In this document: positions 9,884-19,473 of the stretch, piece after piece
Layout of the letters: the number at the start of each line of letters is the position of its first letter
How positions within the stretch are numbered: position 1 is the stretch's first letter
Assembly: GCA_903934015.1 (NCBI GenBank)
Contig: CAIZMI010000034.1
Coordinates: 20,378 to 84,377 of the forward strand
DNA: 64,000 nucleotides
From: an uncultured bacterium
GTDB lineage: Bacteria > Patescibacteriota > Andersenbacteria > UBA10190 > CAIZMI01
Reading direction: 5' to 3'
Made by a program: the position numbers and the translations under genes
Notes under the pieces: generated by a model
What the model was told of the DNA's origin: nothing
The model's database searches: none
Seen by the model: the letters and a program-made list of their open reading frames with translations, nothing else

Positions 9884-11053
9884 CTATCGATTTCCTTTTG
9901 CCCGATTGTGCGTCTTACACAACATCTCACAATTTTTAGCTGTTGTTTTACCACCCTTGCTCCACGCCGATACGTGATCGGCTTCCATTTCACCAAAACT
10001 CCAAATTTTACACTTGTTAGCATCATGGCCAATTACACAATTTGAGCAATTTGATTGACCTTTTTTCTCTGCTTTAGCGGTCTGTGTTGAGTAAATACTT
10101 CTCTTTGTTGCTTCATCAAAGATTCGAACGTCAAGCAATTTTGTGTCAGTGGAGCCGCCGAGAATATACTCAAAAATGCCTTTGCGATTTTTGACGTACG
10201 GATCACCATAGAGCTTTCGTACCTCGCCTGTCACCTTAACGGGATCATAAGCTTTCTTATGGTATTGCTCATATAGTCGCCCCCACTCCAGTCCTCGCAT
10301 CTCACTTTCAACATCTATAAACACACTTGAAACCCAATCAACTACACTACCGAAATACCTTTTCAGCTCGGCAACATTTTTATCAAAACGATGTCGGCTC
10401 ATATAATCGCCAACGTTGCCTTTGCTTACCCAATCAAGCGCACGCTCCAAAAAATCCTGCCTGTTAACACTACCCGCTACATACGCGCCCCATTTTTGGA
10501 TGTTGGCATTTTGGCTATTGCTAAACTCTTCTTTACCAAGCGTCACAAATGGCCCAGAATACACGGCGTTAAGCAACTCCTGATTATTAAGTGGAACTCC
10601 GGCGATGTTGATTGTTTTAAACCATTCTTTTATCTCGCTTTCTTTCCCTTCGCATTCGTAAATAAGCAATGTTGTTATTAAAATTTTATCCTGCTTGTCT
10701 TTTGCCATACCACTAAAATTTTGTGGATTGCCGTTTTCATCTTTGATGGCAAATTTATCAGTCACAAAACGTCCAATACTTGTTATACGTTGTTGCCCAT
10801 CCAAAACTTCCAGCCCATCGTCATCGACTTTATTAAAATAAATTAGGCCAATCGGATAGCCCTTAAGGATTGACTCAATAACAGCTACTTCTTTTTTACC
10901 GCCGTCGGAAGAATATATGTAGTTGCGCTGATATTCTGGCTGAATCGTTAATTTGCCAGACAAGCCAAACAACCCCTTGCCCTCCAATTCGTTATAAACG
11001 AATCCTTCGCAAATAGCTTTGATGGTAATTTCGATTTTCAAAGTAGTTTTCAT
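9884..11053 (-). CDS. DUF262 + C-terminal HNH nuclease (GmrSD-related)
   Basis: IQPEYQR, LDGQQR, F..IN; EADH...[10 protein letters not shown]. Confidence 0.85.
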   Translation of the reverse strand: MKTTLKIEITIKAICEGFVYNELEGKGLFGLSGKLTIQPEYQRNYIYSSDGGKKEVAVIESILKGYPIGLIYFNKVDDDGLEVLDGQQRITSIGRFVTDKFAIKDENGNPQNFSGMAKDKQDKILITTLLIYECEGKESEIKEWFKTINIAGVPLNNQELLNAVYSGPFVTLGKEEFSNSQNANIQKWGAYVAGSVNRQDFLERALDWVSKGNVGDYMSRHRFDKNVAELKRYFGSVVDWVSSVFIDVESEMRGLEWGRLYEQYHKKAYDPVKVTGEVRKLYGDPYVKNRKGIFEYILGGSTDTKLLDVRIFDEATKRSIYSTQTAKAEKKGQSNCSNCVIGHDANKCKIWSFGEMEADHVSAWSKGGKTTAKNCEMLCKTHNRAKGNR

Positions 11054-11054
11054 A

Positions 11055-12230
11055 TTATTTTTTTTTATGTCTAATGAGTACTCTTTGATAAACTTTTTCA
11101 TGTAAACCAGCTCGAATAACTACTCCACTTGCATTCAAATCATAAACTCCCCTTTTTTTGAATTTATCTAAATATGCTTGCTTACATTCCGTTGATTTGT
11201 ACACTTTTGTTTTTAGTTTATATAAATCTTCGTTTTCACACATCCCAACAATACCAAACTGTTCTGGGGAGTGTTTATCAAGAAAACTAATCGGTACACC
11301 CATTAATCCGTTGTAATCACTTGGAATATTTTTTACTAAAGATACTTCTAAGGCATTATAATTATCGTATTTTTCAAATGGTTTTTTCGTTACAAACTTA
11401 ATAATCTCGGCTTCAGTCATGAGTGGCAACGGCTGATGACGACGTCCATGATCAAGATTGGTGAACCAACGAACACCTTGCACTCGGGTGATATAAACTT
11501 TCTTACCTCTCTCATTTGTTTTAATTTCACGAACTTGATCCAAATTAGCAATCTTTTCGGGTATCTCAAAAAACATCGCGCCAGCATTGACTTTGTAATT
11601 GTTGCCCAACCACACTTTATTCTCTTTAATTAGTGGAAATATTTCTTTGTAGGTAATTGCATTCAAGTTGCCAATGATCAAAAACTTTTTATCATAATCA
11701 ACAAGTTGTTTTATATACTCGCGAAACAGGCTAAACGGAGGATTTGTTACCACAATATCAGACTGCTTCAGAAATTCTATAGATTCATTGCTACGGAAAT
11801 CGCCGTTTCCTTTAAGCAGAGTTGTTACATTTTGATCCTGCCTCAACAAACACTCTATATCCTCAAGGTTTACTGCACCATCATTATTTAAATCTTTTAC
11901 CTCATTGATTTCAATTTTGAACGGCTGTTTTCTAGTGAACCTTCTTAATCCTTCTATCCCAGACAACGGAAATATAGTGCCGGTAATAGGTGATGGAACA
12001 TAACTTGTAGTAATAAGTTTTTTAAGTCCAATATTATTGAATTTTAATACAAAGTATTTGAAAAAATTACTTTCATACGGATCGTCACAGTTGCAATACA
12101 CTACTTTGCCTCGAAACACATCAGGATTGTATTCCAAATACGCTTCAATCTCTTTCTGGATATCTACGAATTGCGTATAGAACTCGTCGTTCTTTACTCT
12201 TTTTGCGTTAGTAAGATTTTTGTTTGCCAT
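11055..12230 (-). CDS. adenine-specific DNA methyltransferase, EcoRI family
   Basis: [42 protein letters not shown]. Confidence 0.9.
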   Translation of the reverse strand: MANKNLTNAKRVKNDEFYTQFVDIQKEIEAYLEYNPDVFRGKVVYCNCDDPYESNFFKYFVLKFNNIGLKKLITTSYVPSPITGTIFPLSGIEGLRRFTRKQPFKIEINEVKDLNNDGAVNLEDIECLLRQDQNVTTLLKGNGDFRSNESIEFLKQSDIVVTNPPFSLFREYIKQLVDYDKKFLIIGNLNAITYKEIFPLIKENKVWLGNNYKVNAGAMFFEIPEKIANLDQVREIKTNERGKKVYITRVQGVRWFTNLDHGRRHQPLPLMTEAEIIKFVTKKPFEKYDNYNALEVSLVKNIPSDYNGLMGVPISFLDKHSPEQFGIVGMCENEDLYKLKTKVYKSTECKQAYLDKFKKRGVYDLNASGVVIRAGLHEKVYQRVLIRHKKK

Positions 12231-12245
12231 AATTTTATTCCTATT

Positions 12246-12443
12246 CTACGGATAAAATTCAAATTCGCTCATTATTTTTTTATTATCGACAATCTGCTCC
12301 TGTATCGCATCTCGAACAGAAGCAATCATCTCGATATCCCACTTTATTTTTTTGGACGAAGGAATAAAACTTTGCATCAATTCGAAAATTTGATTATCAA
12401 CAAAATCCTGCCTTTCTATTTGCTTATTAGTTAATTTGGACAT
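12246..12443 (-). CDS. small hypothetical protein
   Basis: ORF RQDFVDN..WDIEMI..EFYP directly upstream of the MTase. Confidence 0.6.
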   Translation of the reverse strand: MSKLTNKQIERQDFVDNQIFELMQSFIPSSKKIKWDIEMIASVRDAIQEQIVDNKKIMSEFEFYP

Positions 12444-12475
12444 TTTTATCATTTTTCCGTTTATTATTTCATTTG

Positions 12476-12562
12476 CGGAGAGGGTGGGATTCGAACCCAC
12501 GAAACCCTTGCGGGTTTAATGCATTAGCAAAGCATCCTCGTAGGCCTCTTGAGTACCTCTCC
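12476..12562 (-). tRNA. tRNA-Ser(GCT), no encoded CCA
   Basis: GGAGAGG/CCTCTCC acceptor, TTGCTAA loop, long variable arm, GGTTCGAATCC. Confidence 0.93.
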
Positions 12563-12580
12563 TTGCGTAAAAACCATACC

Positions 12581-13588
12581 TTATTTGTTCATCTTTCTCA
12601 AGTGCTTTGGATTATGAGAACCAATAAGTTCTATGTATTGTTTTACAGCTGCCCTACTCTCGATAAAAATATCTCGATCCCGCATATTTGCCCAAACACC
12701 GATTTTGCGGAGAGATTCGTGAACTGAATTAAGCAAAGGCGGAGAAGCGGATGTAAAACTAATCTTTTTGTAGCGATAATCTTTGCCTCTTATACGATAT
12801 TGATGCCAATAAACCGAACCATCCGTATCAAAAAGACCTCGAATACAAGGAATTAAATAATTCCGCTTTCTCTTGATCCACATTGGAATATCTATTTTTT
12901 GTCTAATTTTGTTTCCCTTAACCAGACCCAAGTGTTCTATACAAAAGTGAACCATCTCCGTCCGGCTTACGCGATAATCGTTTGCTAAAGCATCTTTACT
13001 AATTATCACGCTCGGTCTAACTCCAAACAATTTCTGAATTAAACTGCATACAAAGATACCGTATTCATGATCATCATACCTGTGTAACGTAACAGTTAGT
13101 TGATAACGGGTTATTCCACCATCACCAAGCATCAATCCGACAAACTCGGCTAATTCCGGTGATTTCATAGGCTTTCTAAACGGCAAACTTTTCCAAAGTA
13201 TTTTGTGTTCTTGATATTTCCCTTTCTCATTCCACCATTTTGTCCACTGCACTCGGCGATAATCCTCATCCATACCAATCCGTCCATATTTTTTAAACAT
13301 TGCTTTACCACCCAAACTGCCAATTTTTTCAAGGCGTTTATTCCATTTTAATAAACTGGCAGAGGTAGGTATTTGTACTCCGCTTTTTTGAGCTAGCGTT
13401 TTAGCGTGGATAAATGACATGTGATACTTCTCTCTCTTCCAATCACAAAGCGTACGCCTATTAATGGCCAACAAACCGGCTAAGAATGGTGTTGATACAT
13501 TTAATTTTGAAGCAACGTTTTCAATAAATTTGCGTTGCTCTTCAGGTTCAAAAATGATCCTGTCTAACTTATCCACTTCATCTATCAT
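12581..13588 (-). CDS. free-standing double-motif LAGLIDADG protein with N-terminal HTH-like region
   Basis: AEFVGLMLGDGG and IRGLFDTDGS motifs; start moved to MIDEV because the upstream part overlaps the tRNA trailer. Confidence 0.8.
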   Translation of the reverse strand: MIDEVDKLDRIIFEPEEQRKFIENVASKLNVSTPFLAGLLAINRRTLCDWKREKYHMSFIHAKTLAQKSGVQIPTSASLLKWNKRLEKIGSLGGKAMFKKYGRIGMDEDYRRVQWTKWWNEKGKYQEHKILWKSLPFRKPMKSPELAEFVGLMLGDGGITRYQLTVTLHRYDDHEYGIFVCSLIQKLFGVRPSVIISKDALANDYRVSRTEMVHFCIEHLGLVKGNKIRQKIDIPMWIKRKRNYLIPCIRGLFDTDGSVYWHQYRIRGKDYRYKKISFTSASPPLLNSVHESLRKIGVWANMRDRDIFIESRAAVKQYIELIGSHNPKHLRKMNK

Positions 13589-13646
13589 GTGGTAATTATA
13601 CAACAAATACGAACATTTTACGAACGTCATTGTTTTTGCACAATCC

Positions 13647-13889
13647 GATTCTTGTGCAAAACAGCATTCGCGTTTAGCGAATGCTGTTTTGTGTACATTT
13701 TTTTGTTTCACTAAGCGAAACAAATCTCGAGTGTCCCCGGCAGGACTTGGCCTCGCCTCAAAAATACTGATGTATTTTTGGGCTGGCCACCGCCTCGTGT
13801 TATCTTCGAATAACACTCCGGCGTTCAAGTCCTGCCGGGGGATTTAGAAAAAAGACAATCGCACCGCGATTGCCATTTTTCTAAATCTG
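13647..13889 (-). ncRNA. structured tRNA-Arg trailer element with antisense and sense T-arm copies
   Basis: Antisense copy 13823-13840, direct repeat 13731-13749, module 13647-13731 near-identical to 63660-63742. Confidence 0.72.
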
Positions 13890-13963
13890 TGTCCCCGGCA
13901 GGACTTGAACCTGCAACCTTCAGCTCCGCAAGCTGACGCTCTGTCCAGTTGAGCTACAGAGAC
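13890..13963 (-). tRNA. tRNA-Arg(GCG), no encoded CCA
   Basis: TCAGC-TTGCGGA-GCTGA anticodon arm; GGTTCAAGTCC. Confidence 0.92.
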
Positions 13964-14021
13964 ATAATTAGTCTCTTTTTTGTAATGATATCATTTTAAT
14001 TCTTTTTTGAAATCTACCAAG

Positions 14022-14206
14022 CCGGCAGGACTTGGCCTCGCCTCTCGGAGTGTTGATACACTCCTCGGGCTGGCCACCGCCTCGTATTGCTTGCGAGCAA
14101 TACTCCGGCGCTGAAAAACCATTAAGGGTTTTTCAGCCTGCAACCTTCAGCTCCGCAAGCTGACGCTCTGTCCAGTTGAGCTACAGAGACATAATTAGTC
14201 TCTTTT
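14022..14206 (-). pseudogene. tRNA-Arg(GCG) duplicate (with 16-bp leader) interrupted in the T-loop by ~102-bp hairpin insert
   Basis: 14137-14206 identical to 13910-13979; resumes CAAGTCCTGCCGG at 14034-14022 then diverges. Confidence 0.85.
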
Positions 14207-14270
14207 GACCTCTTCTTGATTACTTGCTAACAGATAATGACACAAATATCTCAAACCGGCAATATCAATA

Positions 14271-14828
14271 TCAAACTCTGGGATTAGCCTTATTTGGCAT
14301 CCGACTTCGTCCCTTATTTCCCGATGCCACTGCGCGAAGAACAATATCACGATCAGTTGCATAAGTAATTTTTCTTAATGCTTCCCTGACTGGCATCCAA
14401 CGCGCTTCAAGCAACCCTTCTTCCGCCTGCGCATGCAATTCACCATCTAGTGATTCCATTAAATAATAATGAACGGTCTTTGTAATTCGTCCGCGTTCAG
14501 TAAAAAAATGATAACGAGTAGAACCAAGTTGACGCTTAAGAACAAGATTGCTAAGACCCAACTCTTCCTGACTTTCGCGCACAGCGGCTTGATCCTGTGT
14601 TTCTCCTAACGCAATTTCTACGTGACCCTTAGGCAAAATCCACACTTCGCCACGTGCGTGCTCTGTTCTTAAGAGCGCAACATGCACCCTCCCATCAATC
14701 CTGCGCACAACAACACCACCGGCAGACTCTTCCGACACACCCGCCACTTTGCAATGTGGTTTTTTGAGTAGCCGTGAAGAACCAGTTTCATTTTCCGGCG
14801 GTTTTGTTGTCCCCAATAAATCATTCAT
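14271..14828 (-). CDS. Nudix hydrolase (Ap4A-hydrolase-like)
   Basis: SAGGVV, WILPKGHVE...AAVRESQEELG. Confidence 0.88.
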   Translation of the reverse strand: MNDLLGTTKPPENETGSSRLLKKPHCKVAGVSEESAGGVVVRRIDGRVHVALLRTEHARGEVWILPKGHVEIALGETQDQAAVRESQEELGLSNLVLKRQLGSTRYHFFTERGRITKTVHYYLMESLDGELHAQAEEGLLEARWMPVREALRKITYATDRDIVLRAVASGNKGRSRMPNKANPRV

Positions 14829-14832
14829 ATAA

Positions 14833-16626
14833 TTAATTTGTTTTTATTATTACTGGTTTTACCGGAATAACGATCTTTGGTTTAGGCGTCGACAATGGAA
14901 GAGGTGTTGGTGTCGGCGCCACAACAACTTTTTCCGCGTTAGCCGCCACAACGTGAGGAAATAGCGCCGGTGATTTATATGAACTTAAAATTATATCTTC
15001 CCTAACCATCTGCCCCGCTTTATAAACTTGCTGCACTAAACGCGCTTTTACAGAACCACTCGCCGTTCGATCATAAGAAGTTGGTCCTACAATTTTAACT
15101 TCCCTGCCATCCGATGTACCCCAAAATTCAAAAAACAATTTCGTTCCCTCAACTCTTGTCTGAATAAGAATATTAGCCGGTGTGTCGTTAACAAATTTCA
15201 AATCGGTCCCGTCTTTCCAGGTGCGCTGATTAGGATAAATCGTTGCGTCAAAACCGGGCGCGCCATAATACGCTACAGGATAAGCGTGATTACTGCGTTC
15301 TACTATTTGCAAACCCGACAAAATGGCAGCACGAAAAGCCGTCGTTGATACCTGACAAAGACCGCCACCATATTCCGGCGTTGTCACATTTTCCTTAATT
15401 ACTAATTCCGGTTTGTATCCGGTGGCTTTACCAACCGGCCCCAAATTTTCATTAAAAGCGAAAGTTGTACCCGGTGGAATCAACACACCGTTAAAGCGTT
15501 CCGCTCCCACTTTGATATTATGAACGCGATTAACCGGGCTTCCGCGAAAATTAGTTTCCCCGGTGCTCAACAATGTCGTAATCCCAAGGCGATCTATATC
15601 CACCGTTGATGCCACCTTAGACTTACTGACACTAAGCGCCAAATTAGCCTCCGTTTGACCACTTTCCACTGCAGACCGAATAGTAACGATACTTCCTTCT
15701 ACGTTTAATTCTTGACCTTCCTGGGCTGGCACAAATACTGTTACCCGATTATTCTCCATCGCAAAACTAGCATCTCGTGTTTCTTTTTGAACCTGCGAAA
15801 CAATTGTGCTTTGTAAATAATCCCTTAATAAATTTTGGGAAAAAGTCACCACTGGCTTACCGTCAACACGTTCCAATAAAAGTAATTGCGCAAAATTCGC
15901 TTTCGGAACTTCAATTGTTTGAACACCCGCCTTTAAAACAAAAGTACTCGCAAGAATTTTCTCAACCTTAGGTTTTAACTCAAGCGCCTGTTGATCATCA
16001 ACCTCAGGTTGCGTAGGTAACAAAGTTAGCTCCACCGGCGCAATATCACCCGCGTTATAACGCGCCAGAACGTCAGACGCGAGTTTTCGCCGATCAATCA
16101 GTTCACCTGATTGTGAAGAAGTAAGTTGTAATTTTCCGGAATCATCCACCACCCAATTAGCTGATTGCGGAGTTTTAATCTGGCCATTTAAAACATCTTC
16201 TAGATATTTATCAAAAATCGGCTTATAAACCAACACCTGCAAAGGTACTTTTTTATTCACAAAACCACTAACTGATTCATTTAACCAAATCGCTCCAGCG
16301 CGTGGCTTTCCAAAATTAATTGCTGTTGTAACCGCCGTTTTTACCTGCGGACTGACACCAATTTCAGTAAATGTTGGTTCTGCCACCAACACACCGCCAA
16401 TATTTAACTTAATCCTTGCCGTATACCTCTCTCGCTCTTGCTCACGCACCTTTGCCTCAGAAAAAACGGCATCTAAATTGCCAACAAAAACGTCGTTTAT
16501 CCAAACATGAGGCAAAATACGTGTTTTATAATAAGAAGTTACAAAACCCAAAACTCCAAAACAGAGTACTAAAACCCCAATCACGCCAAATATTCCCCAA
16601 TAGATTATTGCTTTTTTTCGCTTCAT
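14833..16626 (-). CDS. VanW family protein with PG-binding repeats
   Basis: N-terminal TM; NRVHNI, FAFNENLG, YGGGLCQVSTT, DATIY, DLKFVND. Confidence 0.9.
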   Translation of the reverse strand: MKRKKAIIYWGIFGVIGVLVLCFGVLGFVTSYYKTRILPHVWINDVFVGNLDAVFSEAKVREQERERYTARIKLNIGGVLVAEPTFTEIGVSPQVKTAVTTAINFGKPRAGAIWLNESVSGFVNKKVPLQVLVYKPIFDKYLEDVLNGQIKTPQSANWVVDDSGKLQLTSSQSGELIDRRKLASDVLARYNAGDIAPVELTLLPTQPEVDDQQALELKPKVEKILASTFVLKAGVQTIEVPKANFAQLLLLERVDGKPVVTFSQNLLRDYLQSTIVSQVQKETRDASFAMENNRVTVFVPAQEGQELNVEGSIVTIRSAVESGQTEANLALSVSKSKVASTVDIDRLGITTLLSTGETNFRGSPVNRVHNIKVGAERFNGVLIPPGTTFAFNENLGPVGKATGYKPELVIKENVTTPEYGGGLCQVSTTAFRAAILSGLQIVERSNHAYPVAYYGAPGFDATIYPNQRTWKDGTDLKFVNDTPANILIQTRVEGTKLFFEFWGTSDGREVKIVGPTSYDRTASGSVKARLVQQVYKAGQMVREDIILSSYKSPALFPHVVAANAEKVVVAPTPTPLPLSTPKPKIVIPVKPVIIKTN

Positions 16627-16736
16627 TGAGCGTAAACTTATAAGTCAGATCTAAATATAATTTACATAGAAACTACATAAGACGCAAGACAAGAGTCGCG
16701 AATAAAAATACCATCCGTGGTCTTGCCTAGTGTTTT

Positions 16737-16916
16737 AGGCAACTGACTTAAATAAATTGTCAATATTCTGTTCAATACGCTTTGAATACGAGTACTGCGA
16801 CCGAACGAAAGCTTGAAGCGTACTAGCAGTACGTTAAGAGATTTAGTGACCGAGCAGTGCTTGTAGTCAAAGATGTATAGAAAATAAGATGGATAGGTTA
16901 TTTACGTCAGTCGCCT
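16737..16916 (+). repeat. 180-bp long imperfect hairpin element, copy A (MITE-like or ncRNA)
   Basis: Terminal inverted repeats; homologous same-length copy at 57719-57898. Confidence 0.75.
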
Positions 16917-16920
16917 TAGC

Positions 16921-17307
16921 CTAAAGATACTTTTCAATTAACATTTTTGTTGCGTCTGTAATAGCGATTCTAAATAGTTCATCTTTAGTAAAATAACCCG
17001 CACCGGCCCCTTCTTGCACGGTGATATCACTCCACTCAACCGGTTTATTGTAGTGCACAACATATACTGCTCTATCATCCTTTGGACGCAATTCTCCCAC
17101 TAAATTAAAATATTCTGATCCAGCATAAATATTCAACTCTTCTTTAGTTTCTCGAACCGCACCAACAATAGGATCCTCATCTTCTGTAAGACCACCACCA
17201 AAAAAATTCCACTTTAGAGGATTACAAATACCTTCCGAGCCATCTCGCATTTGAACAAGGTATTTTCCGCTTGAATTTTGCATAATCGTATTTACACTCT
17301 TCTTCAT
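16921..17307 (-). CDS. Nudix hydrolase
   Basis: WNFFGGGLTEDEDPIVGAVRETKEEL. Confidence 0.85.
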   Translation of the reverse strand: MKKSVNTIMQNSSGKYLVQMRDGSEGICNPLKWNFFGGGLTEDEDPIVGAVRETKEELNIYAGSEYFNLVGELRPKDDRAVYVVHYNKPVEWSDITVQEGAGAGYFTKDELFRIAITDATKMLIEKYL

Positions 17308-17464
17308 ATCAATAACAATTGTAAACCCCATTAAACATAAAAAAAAGAGAAAGCATTTGTTCCTTATCTAAGTATTCAGATGAAGATCGAAGCAAGATCG
17401 AATAAAAAAGCGCACTCGATGAATTGAGTACGCAAGAGGCGAAAGAACGGCCAGTCTCCATGTT

Positions 17465-18223
17465 TTACGATGTAGGTGAAGTTGGTGCTACCACACCAAA
17501 GCGAAAACATGGTTGGTAAAGCTGATCTGGATTTTCTGTCAAAAACAAACTTCGCCCCATGAATTCTCGCCTAGCAACCAGTTTAAGCACAATGTCTGTG
17601 TATATGGGGTTTTCTTCAAAAGGAACCATCTTCAGGACATTGACCAAACCTCGACTGCTCAAGTTTTCAATGAAGTGGGAAACTCCAGGCTCTTTGCGTG
17701 GAATCTCGTGTATTTCTGGTTTGAGCCGAGAAATATCAGATCTACTCGTAATAGCCCTCTCCAGGTTTTCCAGAAACGAACGCAGAAGACGTGATGAATG
17801 TTGTGAAAAAACCTCCTTCCATTGTTCAGGAATATTTTCAGGGTGTACTACCCCACTCCATGACTGAGACAGAGAATGACACCATACCATAGCATCATAC
17901 TTTTTTGCTTCGTTCACGGTTGCAGTGAGTTCCAATGTCGGCAGTCTTGCAACGGCTGCTTGGATATCTGCAAAAGCAACGATTTCAGATGGGTACTTGA
18001 AATCTGGAATCCGGCCGAACATTTCATGGATGCCGAAGAGCCACTCTAGGTACTGCCCGACGTGTTCGGTCTGTCTGTTATGAACACAAACTAGCGTATC
18101 AACGTCCGAGTACCTTTTGTCTTTTTCAACAGCGAAGCTGCCGAAGATGTAGGCAAAAACCAGTTGGTCTCCAAAAATGCGCTGCACGGCTTCCTGAAAT
18201 TGAGCCGTTATGACTTCATGTTC
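17465..18223 (-). pseudogene. C-terminal nucleotidyltransferase (Pol-beta/MNT fold) part of an IS3-interrupted gene
   Basis: FGSFA....SDVD motif; joins 19474-20721 in frame once the IS and one TSD copy are removed. Confidence 0.8.
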
Positions 18224-18269
18224 TATAGTGGTACCCAGAAACTGGACAGCCAGCTAAGATACAAAAGTT

Positions 18270-18566
18270 ATGCAAAATACTATAAAAAGACAGCACTCAC
18301 CAGAGTTCAAATCGCAAGTAGCAATAGAGGCGATAAAAGAAGTTGAGACGATTGCACAGATCGCATCCAAGCATTCAATCCACCCGACCCAAATCAACAA
18401 GTGGAAAAAAATAGCACAGGATGGTTTGGCCATATTGTTCTCCGGCAAACAAGATGTCGAGCTGAAGAAAAAAGATGAGCTGATTGAACAGTTATACAAA
18501 AAAATCGGTAAACGTGAGGTCGAACTTGATTGGCTTAAAAAAAAGACTGGCCTTCTCGACAACTGA
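18270..18566 (+). CDS. IS3 transposase OrfA (HTH)
   Basis: HSPEFKSQVAIEA..IHPTQINKWK; ends WLKKK over an A8 run. Confidence 0.9.
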   Translation: MQNTIKRQHSPEFKSQVAIEAIKEVETIAQIASKHSIHPTQINKWKKIAQDGLAILFSGKQDVELKKKDELIEQLYKKIGKREVELDWLKKKTGLLDN

Positions 18567-19386
18567 AAAACGCAGTTTGATCGAGCAAGAAAACCCCGCG
18601 CTTTCCATCGCTTCGCAATGTTCTTTATTAAAACTTCCGCGTTCCACATTCTACTTTCCGCCTAAGTTAATTCTGCCGGAAAAGTCCGTTACGCTGATGC
18701 ATAATATCGATGAGATCTATACTGATTTCCCGTACTATGGTGGCAGAAAGATTAAGGTGGAATTGGTAAAACGTTTCAAGAAGATTGTCGGTCGCAAAAC
18801 AATCCGCAAGCTGATGCGGATCATGGGTCTGGAAGCGATCTATCCGAAGCCAAACACGAGCAAACCAAATCAGCAACATGCTACTTACCCGTATCTCCTG
18901 AAGGGTATCATCGCCGCTTATTCCAATCATATTTGGGGCACTGATATCACATACATCCGGGCTGGCAAATACTGGTTTTATCTTTCGGCAATTCTTGACT
19001 GGCATTCCCGTTATGTTGTCAGCTGGACGCTGTCCGAAAATATCGATACCGCGCTTTGTTTGGAAACTCTGGAAAAAGGACTGGCAATTGCCAAACCCCT
19101 TATCCACAATTCCGATCAAGGCAGTACATATACGGCGGAGGAATATCTAAACCATCTCAAGCAAGCCGAGGTGCAAATCAGTATGGATGGTGTTGGCAGA
19201 TGCATGGACAACATCTTCACGGAACGATTATGGCGGACGGTGAAATACGAAGAAGTCTATCTGCACGCGTACGGCAGTTTCAAAGAAGCTATGCAATCGT
19301 TGAAATTATACTTTAATACATACAACGAAAAACGGGTGCATCAAGCACTCGAATACCGCACACCGGCAGAAGTGTACTTTAAATAA
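18484..19386 (+). CDS. IS3 transposase OrfB (DDE), probably expressed by -1 frameshift
   Basis: WGTDITYI, HNSDQGSTY, DNIFTERLWRTVKYE. Confidence 0.92.
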   Translation: MNSYTKKSVNVRSNLIGLKKRLAFSTTEKRSLIEQENPALSIASQCSLLKLPRSTFYFPPKLILPEKSVTLMHNIDEIYTDFPYYGGRKIKVELVKRFKKIVGRKTIRKLMRIMGLEAIYPKPNTSKPNQQHATYPYLLKGIIAAYSNHIWGTDITYIRAGKYWFYLSAILDWHSRYVVSWTLSENIDTALCLETLEKGLAIAKPLIHNSDQGSTYTAEEYLNHLKQAEVQISMDGVGRCMDNIFTERLWRTVKYEEVYLHAYGSFKEAMQSLKLYFNTYNEKRVHQALEYRTPAEVYFK

Positions 19387-19473
19387 TAAGTTAAATTTTA
19401 CTCAAGAAAGGAGGTGGTGAAAATTCTATCTTAGATTTGCCCAAATACTGTCTTGACACTGGTTACCACTTTA

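Larger units (their letters stand above)
18224..19473 (+). mobile_element. IS3-family insertion sequence, 1250 bp
   Basis: Imperfect IRs TATAGTGGTACC / GGTTACCACTTTA, 3-bp TSD TTC (18221-18223, 19474-19476), orfA/orfB. Confidence 0.92.

Noticed and set aside
13589-13828. N-terminal extension of the LAGLIDADG ORF
   Set aside because: Runs through the non-coding trailer; MIDEV at 13588 is the more plausible start.
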